Below are positions 60,628 through 64,000 of a stretch of DNA of 64,000 bases, in pieces. The stretch lies in assembly GCA_026025075.1 (NCBI GenBank), contig JAPEUI010000001.1, forward strand, positions 248,001-312,000, written 5' to 3'. This DNA is from Vezdaea acicularis. Taxonomy: Eukaryota. Under the pieces are notes generated by a model. The model searched no databases. It saw nothing but the letters and a program-made list of their open reading frames with translations, and was not told the DNA's origin. The position numbers were made by a program, and so were the translations under genes. Positions within the stretch are counted from its first letter, which is position 1, and every line of letters starts with the position of its first letter.

Positions 60628-61640
60628 CGTAGGTGGAATTGGATCGGCGGAGATTGCCGATCAAGACAAAAGCCGAGGTTCTCTAGAAAAAGATACACTA
60701 CCTACAACTGAGTTATTCAGAATACTTAAGTTATGCCGGATGACTTCGTTAGTCTTATCACGAGTCAGACCACATTTCTCAACGCTGAATGGCTTGTGTT
60801 ACATGTGGACAGCCGGCAATAGGGTTTTTATAGAAGCTCCTGGCCGCATCGTCACTGACGTTGTGGCTTTCAAACGTCGTCTTTGGAGATTTCATTTAGT
60901 CCATGAGAAACGCTGGCATGCGAAAATCTTATCGTTGAGGCTCTTTCGTTCTGCTTTGTTTAATGTTGAAAGTTTCAACACTCCCTAGTTCCGCTAGTCT
61001 TTTTGTGCAAGCAAGACCTGTTGATGTCTACCCTTTGCCTTGCAACCGCTCGAGAATTTACGATGGAATGAAAATTCATATACTGGTTTCCCAACTTCAA
61101 AGTAGTGGAGAGTGAAGCGATCGCCTGAAGGCTCCTTTCACTGCGTTGCTTCAAAGATGGCACTCCAAGTGCCCTTCCAGCAAGGCGTCTACTGGAAAGC
61201 GTGTGGCGCTAAAGTCTCTACTATTACTAGGAAATGTGTATTGAGATGCCTGAGATTACAACTGATATTGAAGCTGCGACTCAAAGACGTGGTAACCCCA
61301 TCAGAACATGTTTCCCCTCACATCACTGGCTCTACTTGCTACTTCCCAACTGAGCCCTAGGCTGTGGCTTCCTTATAGCGTTGTCACCATACACCTGATT
61401 CTTCGACGACCCGCGGAAAGGTCCTCCTAACAAGCTTCATGGACCATGGTATTCGCTACTCGCAGGAACATTCACTTAATAGCTTCGTACAGTATGGTAT
61501 TCGCTATGGTATTAGCTATGATCATTCTTTCTGAATTTTACTTGGAAATACATGTTCATTCGTTAACACGTTAAGGATCAACTCTCAACACATTCTTCTT
61601 CTGTCAACTCACATATTGGCATCCATCTTGTCATCTCGCC

Positions 61641-63200
61641 ATGCCTCTGCGACCTTATCCAACTCAGCCTGCATCTAGCGTGGAGATGGCCGAGGACTTG
61701 AGGGCGATGGGAATTAAAACTAGAGGTCTTAGTTTTCCTAAAACGCCTCCTCTTCCTATGGGATCGCTTGAGGTCATCTTTCATCAGCCGACGGTGTCTG
61801 ATCCAGATTTGATATCACAAGTCCTTGTTGGCCTACCACCATTAATAGAAGCCTTTCCACTCTCCAACGTACGAGATGAGCTATTACCCATGGGTAATAC
61901 TCTCCATCGGCGTAAGAGACCAAGATTGAGTTTTAATCCTGGAATTGAATCCAGCGGGAATGCTTTAGGCCACCAGGAGGATGACGTGGCAAACACCTAC
62001 AGTTCAGACAGCGATCTTACATCGCAAGCGAGTTCCTCAGAATCGTCCTTATCGTTATCGTCCGTTTCTTCATCAAAGATCGGACCTGATCCTGCAGAGT
62101 CATCCGACAGTGACTCAGACTTTGGTTCTCAATCTGACTCTAGTAGTGGAAGCAGCGGCGGCTCTGGATATCTGGAGTACGTAAGAGAAAATGGTGAACA
62201 AGGCTTCGACACATATCATGGCGATAGTGCAGATGGGAGCGAATATGGAGCCTCGAGGAGTGAGCCCTCTAGTGAAGCTGGCCCTTCCGGATCCCCAAGT
62301 CCTTTACTTCCGCCTAGCAATGTGCGCATGTTCATGCTCTGCAACTGGAAGTTCTCTACATTCGAACCACTTCCATGGACAACGGCCGAGAAAGATCACA
62401 TCGAGAAAAGTCCACTCTATATCATTCTCTGTGATCCTCCTGTCGTTGAGTTTGGCGGGATCGCAACCTCCAAAGTCACCCTGGCGCTACTACCGCACCT
62501 TACAAAGCAAGATCTTCTCTCTCTAGCTCTCACCTGCAAGTCTCTCTATCGCCTTCTCAACGGTGGCCATCACGAAATTTGGCTCGGGCATCTCAGACTT
62601 TGCATCACCGGCCCGTGCACCATCAACAATCTGAGCTACCGTTCAAAGCTTGCTGGCCTATCCAAGTATCCCCTTGTCCGCGTGCGCCCGCCACGACATG
62701 ACCAGCTCAATGTCCATCAATGTACACGCTGCGGGCGCGACAGCTGCAAAGCCTGCATGCTACCAGAGTCCGCAGAGAATATCCAACGTCTCACTTCTCT
62801 TTCCCTACGCTTTCTCTGCCGTAAACACACCCCAATCATGGAAGTTGGCTGCGGTTGTCCATTCCCCGGGATCTGTCAGCATGACCAGCCGTCTGAGTTG
62901 CCGACGTGCGGATGTCACATAGGAAAACGACCATGGTTCTGCGTCAAGTGCGAGGAGGTCTTGTGGGAACGCAATCTCAAGTATTCGTATAGCATCGAGG
63001 TTCTGACTAGGGACGAAGAGGAAGAATCAAGGGGAAGGAAGAAGACCACCGTTACGGCTAGGAAGCTGGAGGATGGCAGAGAAGTCGAGATTGTGGACGT
63101 CAAACCTCCGTGTTTCTGTGGACAGGAAGGGGAGAAAAGGCGCGCGTGGTGTGATACCTGTGGCGGCAGAAGGGACGAGAGGATGATATTCGCCTTGTGA
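61641..63200 (+). CDS. F-box protein with Ser-rich N-terminal region and Cys-rich C-terminal domain
   Basis: F-box-like LLPHLTKQDLLSLALTCKSLYRLL...W followed by several CxxC pairs (CTRCGRDSCKAC, CVKC, CFC, CDTC). Start codon uncertain. Confidence 0.7.
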   Translation: MPLRPYPTQPASSVEMAEDLRAMGIKTRGLSFPKTPPLPMGSLEVIFHQPTVSDPDLISQVLVGLPPLIEAFPLSNVRDELLPMGNTLHRRKRPRLSFNPGIESSGNALGHQEDDVANTYSSDSDLTSQASSSESSLSLSSVSSSKIGPDPAESSDSDSDFGSQSDSSSGSSGGSGYLEYVRENGEQGFDTYHGDSADGSEYGASRSEPSSEAGPSGSPSPLLPPSNVRMFMLCNWKFSTFEPLPWTTAEKDHIEKSPLYIILCDPPVVEFGGIATSKVTLALLPHLTKQDLLSLALTCKSLYRLLNGGHHEIWLGHLRLCITGPCTINNLSYRSKLAGLSKYPLVRVRPPRHDQLNVHQCTRCGRDSCKACMLPESAENIQRLTSLSLRFLCRKHTPIMEVGCGCPFPGICQHDQPSELPTCGCHIGKRPWFCVKCEEVLWERNLKYSYSIEVLTRDEEEESRGRKKTTVTARKLEDGREVEIVDVKPPCFCGQEGEKRRAWCDTCGGRRDERMIFAL

Positions 63201-63406
63201 AGTGCGATCAGGAGAGCAATGGTTTGTAGGACGGGGCACTTTCGGATTTGTGCGATTCTTTAGCGCCTTCTTTGGCATAGATCACAAACAGGTAAATTTA
63301 ACTGACCCATTGAAGTTGAGAGTTGAGCACGAGGCAATAAGACTTCACTATTTCTCCATGCGCATTCATGTAAAGTGTGCGCACAGTGATCCTATACGAG
63401 GTCGCC

Positions 63407-64000
63407 CTACCAATCCAACCCACCACCATCACCGCCAACCTTAACCGTCTTTGCTGGCCCTTCAGTTAGATGGCTATGATCAATTGGCTTCCTCCCTTTT
63501 AAGCCCTTCAGCTTCTGATCCAGCTTTTTGAATGGATCCTCCCCACTGTCGCCCTTCTTCACCTTCCACTTCTGGGTCCCTAAGACCCCGTCCAGCTCCT
63601 CCACAGGCGGCAGCTTCGCATATACAAGCCCGTCCTCCCTCTCCTCGACAGGGAACGTCGCGATATTTACAGTATCGTCGTTTGTACACTTCCCCGCGCT
63701 GTCGCCGCTGAGCTCATAATTTCGCTTGTGGTATGGACAGCTGACCCAGAGCTTGCCCGTCTGAAGATCATCACCAATCAGGCCATCACTGAGCGCGAAC
63801 GCTCGCTTATGAGGGCACATCTGCTGCGTACAGTAGTACTTTCCCTTGACCTTAAAGACAGCGAGTTGTGTGTCGCCACGCTTTACATTTTGACTCGAGC
63901 CCGTGGCCGTATCGACGAATTTGGAGGCTGAAACAAGAGGCTGCCATGTCAGGCTGCTCCACTTGGTGCCGCGGAAATCGTCATGTGCAGATTCTTTGGG
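63407..64000 (-). CDS. niiA: NAD(P)H nitrite reductase, C-terminal Rieske domain (5' part outside window)
   Basis: VKRGDTQLAVFKVKGKYYCTQQMCPHKRAFALSDGLIGDD...WVSCPYHKRNYEL matches the fused NirD-like Rieske domain of fungal nitrite reductase; ends GLDW. Confidence 0.93.
   Translation of the reverse strand, partial: PKESAHDDFRGTKWSSLTWQPLVSASKFVDTATGSSQNVKRGDTQLAVFKVKGKYYCTQQMCPHKRAFALSDGLIGDDLQTGKLWVSCPYHKRNYELSGDSAGKCTNDDTVNIATFPVEEREDGLVYAKLPPVEELDGVLGTQKWKVKKGDSGEDPFKKLDQKLKGLKGRKPIDHSHLTEGPAKTVKVGGDGGGLDW

Noticed and set aside
1..64000. tRNA, rRNA, telomeric arrays or transposon remnants
   Set aside because: No A/B-box cloverleaf, rRNA signature, tandem TTAGGG, transposase/RT ORF or AT-rich RIP-like tract seen by eye; tRNAscan-SE and Rfam would be needed to exclude small RNAs.

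Overview
Gene-dense, intron-containing genomic DNA from a filamentous ascomycete (Pezizomycotina), inferred from short GT-AG introns with CTRAY branch sites and from gene content. About 23 protein-coding loci are supported: eIF2-alpha, a SWI3/RSC8-type subunit, ETF-alpha, RRG7, MED21, VPS52, eIF5A, RRN7, a membrane-anchored GH92, the head-to-head class VII and class V myosin-motor chitin synthases, a GPI-type GH128, a ribosomal-L1-domain protein, a TOS4-like FHA protein, UPF2, a class VI chitin synthase, Hsp88/Sse1, CENP-L, an F-box protein, the 3' end of nitrite reductase, and three hypotheticals. I saw no tRNA, rRNA, CRISPR array or transposon. The most unusual non-coding signal is a ~65-70 bp composite element (AAAAGT, CACGTG, CACGTG, GGTTTT, TGTTGCATT) whose two E-boxes and last box start 20-21 bp apart. 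It occurs as four tandem copies with unrelated spacers at 35.07-35.58 kb and as a solo copy 32 kb away between convergent genes. Other candidates are a stop-free intron in hsp88 that encodes an NLS-like motif, alternative C-termini of UPF2, a duplicated RRN7 tail with mostly synonymous changes, and repeated C-to-G strand-skew switches. All gene calls come from motif recognition by eye; no database searches were run.
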